A stretch of DNA of 64,000 nt. It comes from an uncultured Actinomycetota bacterium. GTDB lineage: Bacteria > Actinomycetota > Actinomycetes > JAHEKZ01. Positions within the stretch are counted from its first letter, which is position 1. Every line of letters starts with the position of its first letter. Position numbers and translations under genes: made by a program. The notes beneath the pieces were generated by a model that saw only the letters and a list, made by a program, of their open reading frames with translations, had not been told where the DNA came from and did no database searches. Location: NCBI GenBank assembly GCA_963706045.1, contig CAVPLY010000008.1:13966-77965 (forward strand), written 5' to 3'. Positions 10,257 to 20,124 of this stretch are shown piece after piece.

Positions 10257-10874
10257 TCAGCTGATGACCCCGGCACGCAGCGCCACAGCGACCATTTCCG
10301 CGCGGTCGCCCGTTCCAAGCTTTCGCGCGATCCTGGCCAGGTGGCTCTTCACAGTGAGCGCGGACAGGCTCAGCTCGCCGCCGATGTCGCGGTTGGAGTG
10401 TCCACCGGCCACCAGCTGCAGGACCTCGATCTCGCGGGCGGAGAGGCCTTCAGGCCCACCGGTTCCACGAGTTCGGGTGCCGGGAGTCGTGCGGGCGGGG
10501 TCTGGTGAACCGCCGGTGACGACAAAGCCCTTGACGCCGGCAGCGATCGCTGCACGCACGGAGTACGGGTCGTCGCCGGGTGAAAGGGCGACGCAGCGCC
10601 CCCATCCGGCCTGACGCAGCTCACCGAGCAAGGCCAGCCCAGATCCGTCGGGCAGTGCGAGGTCCATGACGCAGAGGTCTCGGGGACCGTCGGCGATGGC
10701 GCGGGCCCTGGCCTCGGCCACAGACGCGGCCTCTGCCACTGACGCGGCCCCGAGAATGTGCAGACGCCGGACAACGGCCTCCCGGACGCTCGGGTTCGCG
10801 ACGACCGCGAGCGCGGTGAAGCGGGCTGTGCGGAACGCGTGCGGATGTCCGCCACGTTCGACGAGTGTGGTCAC
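10257..10874 (-). CDS. LuxR-family response regulator with a degenerate receiver domain
   Basis: C-terminal HTH (LSAREIEVLQLVAGGHSNRDIGGELSLSALTVKSHLARIARKLG). The receiver-like N-terminus keeps the MDLALPDGSG acceptor region but has AN in place of the acidic DD pair. GGAGGGAGGG lies upstream of GTG 10874. Confidence 0.8.
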   Translation of the reverse strand: MTTLVERGGHPHAFRTARFTALAVVANPSVREAVVRRLHILGAASVAEAASVAEARARAIADGPRDLCVMDLALPDGSGLALLGELRQAGWGRCVALSPGDDPYSVRAAIAAGVKGFVVTGGSPDPARTTPGTRTRGTGGPEGLSAREIEVLQLVAGGHSNRDIGGELSLSALTVKSHLARIARKLGTGDRAEMVAVALRAGVIS

Positions 10875-11072
10875 TCGTCCCTCCCTCCGGTCGGGCGTGG
10901 TGACGCCGCGACTGTGCCGATCGAACAGGCAGGACCGGACTAGCCCGGAAAGCCCACCTGATTCCTCATCGGACGCACCCGGTGGAGGCTGTAGGCCAAA
11001 TGGCCTAGTAGATGGAGCAGGGCCGCGGACGCCGGCGGACCAGTGGCGGCTCAACGGCCTGTCCGCGGTGAC

Positions 11073-11693
11073 TCAGCGTCGGCCGAGGGGGACGACACCT
11101 GCGGGCAGTGGCGGCAGTCCAGCGGCGGTGCACAGCAGGTCGCCCCACGCCAGCAAGTGGTCGCCGAGGGAGTCATCGGTGGGCGTCCAGGAGGCCCGGA
11201 TCTCGATCTCAGCTGACGCCGGACGGTCAGACATCGACCCGAAGCTCTCAGAGGCCACCCTGGTCACGGTGCCGCTCGCGGCGCCGACATCGAGTTGGTG
11301 GGCGGCGAGGCACTCCATCAACCAGGACCACCCGACGCCGGTGACCATCGGGTCGGTCGCCATCTCGACGTCCAGACCTGCTCGCGCAAAGGTGACGACG
11401 CGGAAAGTGCCTTCCCAGGAGTCATGGCCCTCCGGGTTGTGCAGCACCACAAAACGCCCAGATCCCACCTCGTCGTCACCGACCATGACGTCGGCGGTCA
11501 GAGCCACGGAGAAAGGCGCCAGCCGCTGCGGCGCGGGGGCTTCGTCGCAGTTGATCTCTGGGCGCAGCCGCACAGAGCGCAGCGACTCAAGGGCGCGGGA
11601 GAAGGTCTCCGGTGGGGAATCCGGCACGGTCACGGGCTCAGCGTACGTCGCGCCACGGGCCCCTCCCGACCGCGACGCGCGCACGGACAGCAC
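11073..11693 (-). CDS. DUF3000 domain protein
   Basis: FSRALESLRSVRLRPEI...APQRLAPFSVALTADV...GRFVVLHNPEGHDSWEGTFRVVTFARA matches the conserved actinobacterial DUF3000 pattern. Confidence 0.7.
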   Translation of the reverse strand: MLSVRASRSGGARGATYAEPVTVPDSPPETFSRALESLRSVRLRPEINCDEAPAPQRLAPFSVALTADVMVGDDEVGSGRFVVLHNPEGHDSWEGTFRVVTFARAGLDVEMATDPMVTGVGWSWLMECLAAHQLDVGAASGTVTRVASESFGSMSDRPASAEIEIRASWTPTDDSLGDHLLAWGDLLCTAAGLPPLPAGVVPLGRR

Positions 11694-11703
11694 CTAACCT
11701 GCC

Positions 11704-12549
11704 GTGATGGCCGTCGCCCTCGCACTCCTCTCGAGCCTGCTGTGGGGAACGGCCGACTTCTTCGGCGGGCTCTTCACCAAGCGGATGGCCGCGGTCGTCG
11801 TCGTCCTGGTGTCGCAGGCGATCGCACTGGCGATGATTCTTCCGACCGTCTGGTTGTTGGGCGGGTTCGACGATCCCAGCGGCTACTTCTGGTGGGGTGT
11901 CGGTGCCGGCATCGTTGGCCCGGTCGGTCTGGTCTCGTTCTACTGGGCCCTCTCGATCGGCACGATGGGTGTGGTTTCACCGATCGCAGCCACCGGCATC
12001 GTGGTTCCAGTCGCGTGGGGCCTCATCGACGGTGAGCAGCCCACCTCGTGGCAGTACCTGGGCATCGTCATCGGGTTCATCGGCGTGATCTTGGCCAGCG
12101 GTCCGGATGCGCCGCGCGAAGGTGCCGAACGGCAGGCGCACACCAAGTCGATCGTCCTCGCGCTCATCGCCGCTCTCGGTTTCGGCGGTTCCTTCGTCTG
12201 CCTCGACGGAGGTGGCGAGTTCAGCATCGGCATGACGCTGGTCGTCCAGCGTTCGACGAGCGTGCTGCTGATGGTCGTGCCTGTTGTGGTGTTCACGCGG
12301 TTGGCCGGTCTGCGCTGGCGTGACCTGCCTGGCTTGGCCGGTGTGGGGGCCGGCGACGCCGCCGCGAACGGTGCCTTCGCCTGGTCGTCGACCCTCGGTC
12401 TGCTGAGTGTGACGTCGGTGCTCGGGTCTCTCTATCCGGTGGCGACACTGCTGCTCGCCCGCATCGTGCTGAAGGAGCGGCTCACCCGGCTGCAGTTCTT
12501 CGGCGTCGGTGGCGCGCTCTGCGGAATCGTGCTCCTGGCGGCCGGATGA
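11704..12549 (+). CDS. EamA/DMT-family transporter
   Basis: 281 aa, about 10 hydrophobic helices, two EamA-like halves (LLWGTADFFGG). Confidence 0.8.
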   Translation: MMAVALALLSSLLWGTADFFGGLFTKRMAAVVVVLVSQAIALAMILPTVWLLGGFDDPSGYFWWGVGAGIVGPVGLVSFYWALSIGTMGVVSPIAATGIVVPVAWGLIDGEQPTSWQYLGIVIGFIGVILASGPDAPREGAERQAHTKSIVLALIAALGFGGSFVCLDGGGEFSIGMTLVVQRSTSVLLMVVPVVVFTRLAGLRWRDLPGLAGVGAGDAAANGAFAWSSTLGLLSVTSVLGSLYPVATLLLARIVLKERLTRLQFFGVGGALCGIVLLAAG

Positions 12550-12584
12550 GCCAACTCGGGTCTTCCGTGACACGATGACTCACC

Positions 12585-13625
12585 GTGTCTGACGCATCCC
12601 TCGCCCAATCGCCGTTCCTGCGCGCATGTCGGCGTCAACCGGTGCCGCATACGCCTGTGTGGTTCATGCGCCAAGCCGGTCGGTCGTTGCCTGAGTACCG
12701 CAAGGTGCGCGAGGGCACCACCATGCTCGAGGCGTGCACGAGACCCGACCTGGTCACCGAGATCACCCTTCAGCCGGTCCGACGCTACGGCGTCGATGCT
12801 GCCATCTTCTTCAGTGACATCGTGCTGCCGCTGAAGGCCATCGGCGTCGATCTCGACATCGTTCCCGGCGTCGGACCCGTTGTGGCCGACCCGATCAGGC
12901 GCCGCGAACAGGTGGACGCCATCGGTGTGTTGACGCCTGACGACGTCCCCTACATCACCGAGGCCATCGGCATGCTGGCCGACGAGCTCGGCGGAACGCC
13001 GCTCATCGGCTTTGCGGGCGCGCCTTTCACACTCGCGTCGTACCTCGTCGAGGGCGGCCCGTCGAAGAACCACGAGCACACCAAAGCACTGATGTACAGC
13101 AACGAAGCTGTGTGGCACGCGCTCATGGGTGTGCTTGCCGATATCTCTGCGGCGTACCTGCACGTGCAGGTTGCTGCCGGCGCATCCGCTATCCAGCTCT
13201 TCGACTCATGGGTGGGGGCGCTGTCTCCGGCTGACTACCAGCGCTACGTCATGCCGCACTCTCAGCGAATCCTGACCTCGCTGGGTGAGACAGGGGTGCC
13301 GCGCATCCACTTCGGCGTCAACACTGGCGAGCTGTTGCCGCTGATGCGCGACGCCGGCGCCGACGTCGTTGGTGTCGACTACCGGCTCTCACTGGCTGAC
13401 GCAGCAAGCCGTGTCGGTGGTGGTGTGGCGTTGCAGGGCAATCTCGACCCCGCCGTCATCTTCTCGTCGCCCGACGCCGTGCGAACCCGGGTCGACGCGG
13501 TACTCGACTCTGCGAAGGCGCTACCCGGGCACGTTTTCAACCTCGGGCACGGCGTCCTGCCCACGAGTGACCCGGAAGTCCTCGCCGCCGTCGTACGTCA
13601 GGTACACGAGCGCACGCAGCACTAG
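12585..13625 (+). CDS. hemE: uroporphyrinogen decarboxylase
   Basis: [28 protein letters not shown] and NLGHGVLP motifs. Confidence 0.92.
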   Translation: MSDASLAQSPFLRACRRQPVPHTPVWFMRQAGRSLPEYRKVREGTTMLEACTRPDLVTEITLQPVRRYGVDAAIFFSDIVLPLKAIGVDLDIVPGVGPVVADPIRRREQVDAIGVLTPDDVPYITEAIGMLADELGGTPLIGFAGAPFTLASYLVEGGPSKNHEHTKALMYSNEAVWHALMGVLADISAAYLHVQVAAGASAIQLFDSWVGALSPADYQRYVMPHSQRILTSLGETGVPRIHFGVNTGELLPLMRDAGADVVGVDYRLSLADAASRVGGGVALQGNLDPAVIFSSPDAVRTRVDAVLDSAKALPGHVFNLGHGVLPTSDPEVLAAVVRQVHERTQH

Positions 13626-13664
13626 CTGAGTGACGGGCCTACCCACCCCACAGAGCTTGCTGCC

Positions 13665-14642
13665 CTAGCCGACCGGCTCGGGCTCGCGTTCCTGCGGGGC
13701 AGCCTCGGTCTCGGCGGTGGCTGGAGCGGCGCTGGCGTGACGTCGACGCCACGCCGCTGCGACCGGTCCGAGGATGAGAGCGGCAACGACGAGGAACGGC
13801 AGCAGCACGCCGATCGTGGTGAGTGCAACAACGATGACACCGACGAGTGCGTCCCATCCACGCTGAAGGCCAGGGAGGAACCCAGTCGTGTCCTCGGGTG
13901 GAGGCTCAACAGCGTTCGGAGCCAGCACAGTGACCGACAGGGTCGCCAACGCGGTCTGGTTGGCGAGCGACCTCTGCTGGGCGAGCAACGACTCGAGGTC
14001 GGCTTCCCGCCGCGACAGCTCGCTCTCGATGCGAACCACTTCACCGATGGTCGTCGCCTCGCTGAGCAGTGCGCGGATGCGCTCGACGCTGGCGCGTGCA
14101 CTGTCGACACGGCTGTCGACGTCGACAACCGTCTCGGTGACGTCCTGCTCGTCGGCAGTGATGCGGACGACCTCTCCCTCTTCCTGGGCGCGGTCGATGA
14201 CGCTGTCGAGCTTGCCGGTTGGGACGCGCAGGACGATGACGGCGCGCGTGCCCTTGGGGTCGTCGGGGTTGCTGCTCACATCCCGGCCCGACACGAATCC
14301 GCCAACAGATGACGCGATCAGTTCGATGGCGTCGACCGTGGTGGTGACGTCTTGTGAGCGCAGGGTCATCTCTGCGGTGGCGATGACGGCTCGATCTGTC
14401 TGCACCCCGGAGAGCAATCCGTTTCCAGATGCCTTTGTGCCCGTGACCCCAGATGCACCCGCCGCGTCCTCAGCAACCGAAAGATCAGCGGTCCCGCCCG
14501 GCTCAACGGCGCCCACCTGGTCGCGGACCGCGTCGGCTGAGGAGGCGGACATTGAGTCGTCGCCCCCCGAGCAGCCAGCGAGCATCACGGTTGCTCCCGT
14601 CAGGGTGATGATGGACAGTGCCGCCGTTCGCGAACCCCTCAT
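13665..14642 (-). CDS. DUF4349 domain lipoprotein
   Basis: Signal/lipobox (VMLAGCSGG), central coiled region and a C-terminal TM segment, the typical DUF4349 architecture. Confidence 0.7.
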   Translation of the reverse strand: MRGSRTAALSIITLTGATVMLAGCSGGDDSMSASSADAVRDQVGAVEPGGTADLSVAEDAAGASGVTGTKASGNGLLSGVQTDRAVIATAEMTLRSQDVTTTVDAIELIASSVGGFVSGRDVSSNPDDPKGTRAVIVLRVPTGKLDSVIDRAQEEGEVVRITADEQDVTETVVDVDSRVDSARASVERIRALLSEATTIGEVVRIESELSRREADLESLLAQQRSLANQTALATLSVTVLAPNAVEPPPEDTTGFLPGLQRGWDALVGVIVVALTTIGVLLPFLVVAALILGPVAAAWRRRHASAAPATAETEAAPQEREPEPVG

Positions 14643-14801
14643 GGCCCCTCCCGGGCTAGATCACCTCGGTGACACGTTTGCGCGCGTGCTGTCGCGTGCT
14701 GTCGCGCTGTGTCGGGGCGTAGGACGCTCGTTGGGGCGCGCTGGTTCCGGTCGGCCCGGCCTGTCACCCGTTCGTGACCGAGTTCTGAGAGGCTGACGGG
14801 C

Positions 14802-16169
14802 GTGTCAGTCGCGCGAACAGTCGTCATCGGGGGTGGGATCGCCGGCCTTGCTGCTGCCTACCGATGCGCACAACGAGGCGACGACGTGACCGTTGTCGAG
14901 AGCGCGTCCACTCCTGGTGGCAAGCTGGCCAGTCACATCGTCGATGGGTTGACTCTCGATGCTGGAGCCGAGTCGTTGCTCGCACGTCGCCCCGAGGGAC
15001 TGGACGTCATCGCCGCGTCCGGACGAGCCGCCGACCTCGTGCATCCGGCAACATCCGGTGCCGGACTGTGGTTGGACGAGATCGTCGCACTACCGCGGCA
15101 CCAGCTGTTGGGGATTCCGAGTGACGCCGGCGATCCTGACCTCGTAGCTGCCCTTGGGGATGACGCCCTTGCCCGGCTCACGGAAGAGCCGCCTATGGGC
15201 GCCACGATGCCGAGCGACATGACAGTTGCTGAGCTGGTGGGTGGCCAGCTGGGTGATGCGGTCGTTGACCGACTCGTCGAACCGCTCCTGGGTGGCGTCT
15301 ACGCCGGACGCGCCGACCAGATCTCGGTCGATGCCGCCCTGCCCGGCTTGCTCGACCACGTCGCCCGCGCGGGGTCGCTAGTGGGAGGCGCCGCGGCCAT
15401 GCGGGCGAGGTCGGTCGGTGAGGGGCCGGTGTTCGCGTCGGTGGTGGGCGGACTCGGTTCGCTCCCGCTCTCGTTGGTGAACGCGAGCGGGGTCGACGTC
15501 ATGACCAGCACGGTGGCAGGCGACTTACGCGGTGCCAGCGGCGACTGGTCGATCGAGCTCGAAGGCGGACAGACGATGGCGGCAGAACGGGTGGTGATCG
15601 CCGTCCCTGGATTCGCCGCTGCGCCGCTGCTCGCATCAATCGCGGGGGAGGCGTCGACGACGGCGTCCGATCTCGACTACGCCACGGTGGCCCTGATCAC
15701 AGGGGTATTCGACACTGGATCTGTGTCCGCCGACCTCAAGGGCACCGGCTTCTTGGTGCCGCCAGCCACCGGCCGGCTGACGAAGGCGGCAACCTTCGTC
15801 AGCCGCAAGTGGCAATGGGTGGCCGACGCGGCCCCCGGGCGCGAGGTGCTGCGCTTCTCGGTCGGTCGTCATGGCGACCAGCGGGGCATCGACCTCTCCG
15901 ACGCCGACCTCGCAGAGGCTGTGCTTAGCGAGGTAACCGGTGTGCTTGGTCTGACGGGCGGGCCTCGGGCCACCGCTGTGACGCGATGGGAACGGTCCTT
16001 GCCCCAGTACCGAGTAGGGCATCGGGCGCGGGTCACGCAGGCCCGGGCCTCGCTGCCGCCAGGGATCGCGATTGCCGGTGCCGCGTGGGACGGGGTCGGG
16101 ATCCCGGCCTGCATTGCGTCCGGCTGGGCAGCGGCAGACCGAGTGGCTGGCGTCGAGCCACCCAGGTGA
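14802..16169 (+). CDS. hemY: protoporphyrinogen/coproporphyrinogen III oxidase (HemY/CgoX type)
   Basis: N-terminal FAD fold ([14 protein letters not shown]) at full HemY length, located between hemE and hemQ. Confidence 0.88.
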   Translation: MSVARTVVIGGGIAGLAAAYRCAQRGDDVTVVESASTPGGKLASHIVDGLTLDAGAESLLARRPEGLDVIAASGRAADLVHPATSGAGLWLDEIVALPRHQLLGIPSDAGDPDLVAALGDDALARLTEEPPMGATMPSDMTVAELVGGQLGDAVVDRLVEPLLGGVYAGRADQISVDAALPGLLDHVARAGSLVGGAAAMRARSVGEGPVFASVVGGLGSLPLSLVNASGVDVMTSTVAGDLRGASGDWSIELEGGQTMAAERVVIAVPGFAAAPLLASIAGEASTTASDLDYATVALITGVFDTGSVSADLKGTGFLVPPATGRLTKAATFVSRKWQWVADAAPGREVLRFSVGRHGDQRGIDLSDADLAEAVLSEVTGVLGLTGGPRATAVTRWERSLPQYRVGHRARVTQARASLPPGIAIAGAAWDGVGIPACIASGWAAADRVAGVEPPR

Positions 16170-16179
16170 CAATGGGGGA

Positions 16180-16956
16180 GTGAGCGACACCCAGAACCCC
16201 AGCAGCAGCCAGCCCAGCAACCAGGCCAGCAGCCAGTCCAGTGCTCCCGGCCCCGCCGGCCGCACGATCAGCGGCAAGCAGGCCCGCGACCTCAACGACG
16301 TCATCCGCTACACCGCGTGGTCGGTGTTCCGCGCGTCCTCGCAGCAGCCCGACGACCGCACTGGCGTCGCAGCAGAGGTCGACACCCTGTTCGACCAGCT
16401 GAACGACAAGGGCGTCGTGGTGCGGGGCGTCTATGACCTGCAGGGCTTGCGCGCCGACGCCGACTTCATGATCTGGTGGCACGCCGAGAACAGCGACGAC
16501 CTGCAGGACGCCTACTCGGCGTTCCGGCAGACCGCACTTGGGGCGTCCTGTGAGCCTGTGTGGTCGCAGATGGCGTTGCACCGCCCGGCCGAGTTCAACA
16601 AGAGCCACGTTCCGGCCTTCCTCGCCGACGAAGACCCCAAGCGCTACGTGTGCGTCTACCCGTTCGTCCGGTCGCTCGAGTGGTACGTGCTGCCCGATGA
16701 GGAGCGCCGGGCAATGCTCGCCGAGCACGGGCAGATGGCGCGTGGCTACGCCGACGTGCGGGCCAACACGGTGGCGTCCTTTGCCCTTGGCGACTACGAA
16801 TGGCTCTTGGCGTTCGAGGCCGACGAGCTGCATCGGATCGTCGACCTGATGCGGCACCTGCGGGCGTCAAAGGCTCGACTGCACGTGCGCGAAGAGATCC
16901 CCTTCTACACCGGACGTCGCCGCGCGATGGCTGAGATCGTGGCGTCACTGCCCTGA
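16180..16956 (+). CDS. hemQ: coproheme decarboxylase / chlorite-dismutase-like heme synthase (HemQ/ChdC)
   Basis: [38 protein letters not shown] and [18 protein letters not shown] at 16180 follows the hemY stop. Confidence 0.88.
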   Translation: MSDTQNPSSSQPSNQASSQSSAPGPAGRTISGKQARDLNDVIRYTAWSVFRASSQQPDDRTGVAAEVDTLFDQLNDKGVVVRGVYDLQGLRADADFMIWWHAENSDDLQDAYSAFRQTALGASCEPVWSQMALHRPAEFNKSHVPAFLADEDPKRYVCVYPFVRSLEWYVLPDEERRAMLAEHGQMARGYADVRANTVASFALGDYEWLLAFEADELHRIVDLMRHLRASKARLHVREEIPFYTGRRRAMAEIVASLP

Positions 16957-17021
16957 TCGGCACTAACCTGCAGGTGAACGCACCCACAGTGGTTCGTCAC
17001 GCTTCGCCGTAGGAGGCTGTC

Positions 17022-17552
17022 ATGGCTCACCCGGTCATCGTCGTCGGTACGTACGACAACCGTCATCGCGCCGAGCTCGACTACGAGCACATCGCCAAGA
17101 ACCGTGAAGAGCTCTGGAGCGAACGCATCTACGCGCTCGCGCTGGTCGAGCGGTCGTCCACCGGAAAGGCCAAGGTCGTCAACCACCTCGAGCCGGACGC
17201 CGACAAGGGCGGGATCGCCGGCACTGTGGTCGGCGGGCTGTTGGGCCTGCTCTACCCGCCCATCATCTTGGTGACGGCGGCTGCGGGGGGCGGCGCGGCG
17301 CGGGCCGCAGCGCATCTGTGGCATGGAGTCTCGCGCAAAGACATCGCCGAGCTGGGCACCGCACTCGACGCAGGAGAGGGCGCGGTGATGGTGATCGCCG
17401 CCAAGCTGCCAGATGACATCGACTCGGTGCTTCCGAACGCGACGCACGTGGCTCACCGGACGATGTCACACAAGCATGAAGACATCGAGGCACTGATCGC
17501 TGAGCTGCGCGAGACCGAGTCGACGGGTGCGGCGTCGGTCGAGCAAGCCTGA
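17022..17552 (+). CDS. DUF1269-like membrane protein with a glycine-zipper segment
   Basis: 176-aa ORF with an AGGAGG RBS. Central GIAGTVVGGLLGLLYPPIILV segment. Confidence 0.55.
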   Translation: MAHPVIVVGTYDNRHRAELDYEHIAKNREELWSERIYALALVERSSTGKAKVVNHLEPDADKGGIAGTVVGGLLGLLYPPIILVTAAAGGGAARAAAHLWHGVSRKDIAELGTALDAGEGAVMVIAAKLPDDIDSVLPNATHVAHRTMSHKHEDIEALIAELRETESTGAASVEQA

Positions 17553-17564
17553 CGCCAAGGGCTC

Positions 17565-17969
17565 CTACTCGGTCGGCTCCAGCGTGAGGCTGATCGAGTT
17601 GATGCACCACCGCTGGTCGGTGGGCACGTCGTAGCCCTCACCCTCGAAGACGTGGCCGAGGTGCGACCCGCAGTTGGCGCAGCGGGCTTCAGTGCGGGCC
17701 ATCCCGTGGCTGCGGTCCTCGATCAGCTCGACGGCATCGTCCTCAGTGGGTGCGTAGAACGACGGCCACCCGCAGTGGCTGGCGAACTTGGCGTCCGAGC
17801 GGAACAGCTCTTGGCTACATGCTCGGCAGCGATAGATGCCCGTCGTGGCGGTGTCGGTGTACTCGCCGCTGAACGCGGGCTCGGTGCCCGCTTGTCGCAG
17901 CACGGCGTACTCCTGCGGAGAGAGCTGGGCGCGCCACTCGGCGTCGGTCTTCTGAAGGCGATTGGTCAT
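17565..17969 (-). CDS. msrB: peptide-methionine (R)-S-oxide reductase
   Basis: Two CxxC pairs (YRCRACSQELF and ARCANCGSHLGHVF) and the catalytic RWCINS region. Confidence 0.92.
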   Translation of the reverse strand: MTNRLQKTDAEWRAQLSPQEYAVLRQAGTEPAFSGEYTDTATTGIYRCRACSQELFRSDAKFASHCGWPSFYAPTEDDAVELIEDRSHGMARTEARCANCGSHLGHVFEGEGYDVPTDQRWCINSISLTLEPTE

Positions 17970-18047
17970 GCGTCTACGGTAGGTCGCGATCGGGCGGTCG
18001 GCCAGTGCCGGCCCCTTACCGACCAGTGACGAAGTACGGTCGCTCCT

Positions 18048-19076
18048 GTGGCCACTGAACGCATCGACGTCGCTGCTGGCGATCGCACGGTCTCCATCTC
18101 TAACCCTGGCAAGGTCTACTTCCCTGATCTGGGCGAGAGCGGTCGCAAGATCGACCTGGTCACCTACTACGCCACGGTCGGCGAGATAGCCCTGACGTCA
18201 GTGGCCGGACGACCCACCTACCTGCAGCGCTACCCCGACGGCATCGAAGGCGAAGAGGTCTACCAGAAGCGCCTGCCGCCCAGGTCTCCCGACTGGCTGG
18301 GCCGCGTCACGGTGACGTTCCCCGGTGGACGCAAGGCCGAGGTGCTGCGTCCCCAGCACCCGGCCGACCTGGTGTGGGCGGCGCAGTACGGCACCATCAC
18401 CTTGCACCCGTGGCCGGCGATGGCCGCTGACCTGGCGCACCCCGACCTGATGCGGATCGATCTCGATCCGCAGCCGGGCACCGACTTCTCGGACGCCGTG
18501 TGGGCGAGCCTGGAACTGTTGCGTCCCATCCTCGACGAGCTGGGCGTCGTCGGCTTCCCGAAGACGTCCGGTGGCCGGGGAATCCACGTGGACGTTCCGC
18601 TCACCCCCGGCTGGACGTTTGCGCAGGTGCGTCGGTCAGTGTTGGCGATCGCTCGCGAAATGGAGCGACGCGCTCCCGACCGCGTGACGTCGGCCTGGTG
18701 GAAGGAGGAGCGCGGTCAGCGCCTCTTCATCGACTTCAACCAGATGCTGCCCGACAAGACGATCGCGGCCGCCTACACGGTGCGAGCACGTCCAGGTGCC
18801 CCCGTATCGACACCGGTGACCTGGGACGAGCTGCCATCGGTCAGCACCATGGACTTCACGATCCATACGGTGCCGCAGCGTCTGCAGGAGGTCGGCGACC
18901 TTCAGGCATCGATGCACGAGGCGGCCGCGGGACTGGAGCGTGCCTTGGAGTGGGTCGAGCGCGATGAGGCGAACGGCCAGGGTGAGACGAACTACCCTCC
19001 CAACTTCCCCAAGATGCCGGGGGAGCCGCCCAGGGTGCAGCCGAGCAAGAAGGTGGCTGACCACTGGACCGACTGA
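18048..19076 (+). CDS. stand-alone LigD-type polymerase/primase domain protein (NHEJ PolDom / Prim-Pol)
   Basis: ISNPGKVYFP, YLQRYPDGI, DLDP, KTSGGRGIHVDVPL and IDFNQM motifs of the archaeo-eukaryotic primase-like LigD Pol domain. Confidence 0.85.
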   Translation: MATERIDVAAGDRTVSISNPGKVYFPDLGESGRKIDLVTYYATVGEIALTSVAGRPTYLQRYPDGIEGEEVYQKRLPPRSPDWLGRVTVTFPGGRKAEVLRPQHPADLVWAAQYGTITLHPWPAMAADLAHPDLMRIDLDPQPGTDFSDAVWASLELLRPILDELGVVGFPKTSGGRGIHVDVPLTPGWTFAQVRRSVLAIAREMERRAPDRVTSAWWKEERGQRLFIDFNQMLPDKTIAAAYTVRARPGAPVSTPVTWDELPSVSTMDFTIHTVPQRLQEVGDLQASMHEAAAGLERALEWVERDEANGQGETNYPPNFPKMPGEPPRVQPSKKVADHWTD

Positions 19077-19165
19077 CCAACATCTCGTCGATAGCACGCT
19101 GGGAATGCCGCAGGAGTGCCCGACCTGAGAACGGCACCGATCTAAGAACTACACCGACCGAACGA

Positions 19166-19564
19166 CTACACCGTGGTCGTGAAGCTCTGGCCGCTCACGG
19201 TGCAGGAGGTCCTGTCGCAGGCCACCAAGCCGATGTCGAAAGAGACCGATCCGGGACGGAAGAAGCCGTTGGCGGGATCGAGCACGATCTTCGAACGCCG
19301 CCGCTGGCCGTCGCACGTGATCTCGGCGGTACCGCGAGCGCGGACGTCCTGCAGGGCGCGCGCAGACCAGGCTGCCGTGCCGCTGCCGTCACATCGCACG
19401 CGCGCCTTGACCGTGATCGTGCCGGTGTAGTTATCCAACGACACTGAGCGCAGTTTCCAAAGGAGCTCTGGGACATCGGCCTTCGACGCGGACGCGGGGG
19501 CTGCCGGCAGCAGAACGAGCCCGGCAAGGGCAACCAGGACGCCGACCCGACGCACGCGGCTCAT
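19166..19564 (-). CDS. small secreted Cys-containing protein (paralog A)
   Basis: Signal peptide (VLVALAGLVLLPAAPASA). Shares the pattern VKARVxCxGxG...CDG...LDPxNGxFxPG with the adjacent gene. Confidence 0.6.
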   Translation of the reverse strand: MSRVRRVGVLVALAGLVLLPAAPASASKADVPELLWKLRSVSLDNYTGTITVKARVRCDGSGTAAWSARALQDVRARGTAEITCDGQRRRSKIVLDPANGFFRPGSVSFDIGLVACDRTSCTVSGQSFTTTV

Positions 19565-19983
19565 CGTGCGCCACGTCCGGGCGGGCTGATCCGGATGCGT
19601 TCGAGGGTGGCACTCCCGATGCCGAAGTCCTTGCCGATGATGATCTGCTCGATGGTGAGGTCAGCCGCCCCGGGGTGGAATCGCCCATTGCGGGGGTCGA
19701 GCTCCAACGTCGAGCGGTAGCCGTCGCCATCGCACGGCACCTTGGACACCGCCCGCGCACGAACGCGCTGCTCGATGGCAGCGCCCCACTGGAACGATCC
19801 CTTGCCCGTGCACTTCACACGTGCGGTTACCTCGACGTTGCCCGTTCGCGGCTGCCAGTCGATGGCCTTGACTTTGAGCACCGTCTCGGGAAGGGGAGCG
19901 GCGGCAGCTGAGGCCGGAAGGGCGGGAAGGAGGACTGCGGTGGCGATTGCAGCCAGTAGCGCTGCGCGCTGACTCACCCGCAT
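19561..19983 (-). CDS. small secreted Cys-containing protein (paralog B)
   Basis: Signal peptide (LLAAIATAVLLPALPASAAAA). The two tandem genes overlap by 4 nt (19561-19564, stop codon overlapping the downstream start). Confidence 0.6.
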   Translation of the reverse strand: MRVSQRAALLAAIATAVLLPALPASAAAAPLPETVLKVKAIDWQPRTGNVEVTARVKCTGKGSFQWGAAIEQRVRARAVSKVPCDGDGYRSTLELDPRNGRFHPGAADLTIEQIIIGKDFGIGSATLERIRISPPGRGAR

Positions 19984-20124
19984 GGCCCCTCCCCTCTGAC
20001 GCGGTGCTTCCGCGTACGGACTCCGTCAGAGTACCTGCGGTCGTCACCGTGGGTAGTCACCCACCTGAGTTTGGGCCGAATGGGGGATGTCCCGGGAAAG
20101 CCCCAGGTCAGCGCCCTGCTCTGG

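Noticed and set aside
16033-16857. 274-aa minus-strand ORF antisense to hemQ
   Set aside because: Shadow frame of a confidently identified coproheme decarboxylase gene.
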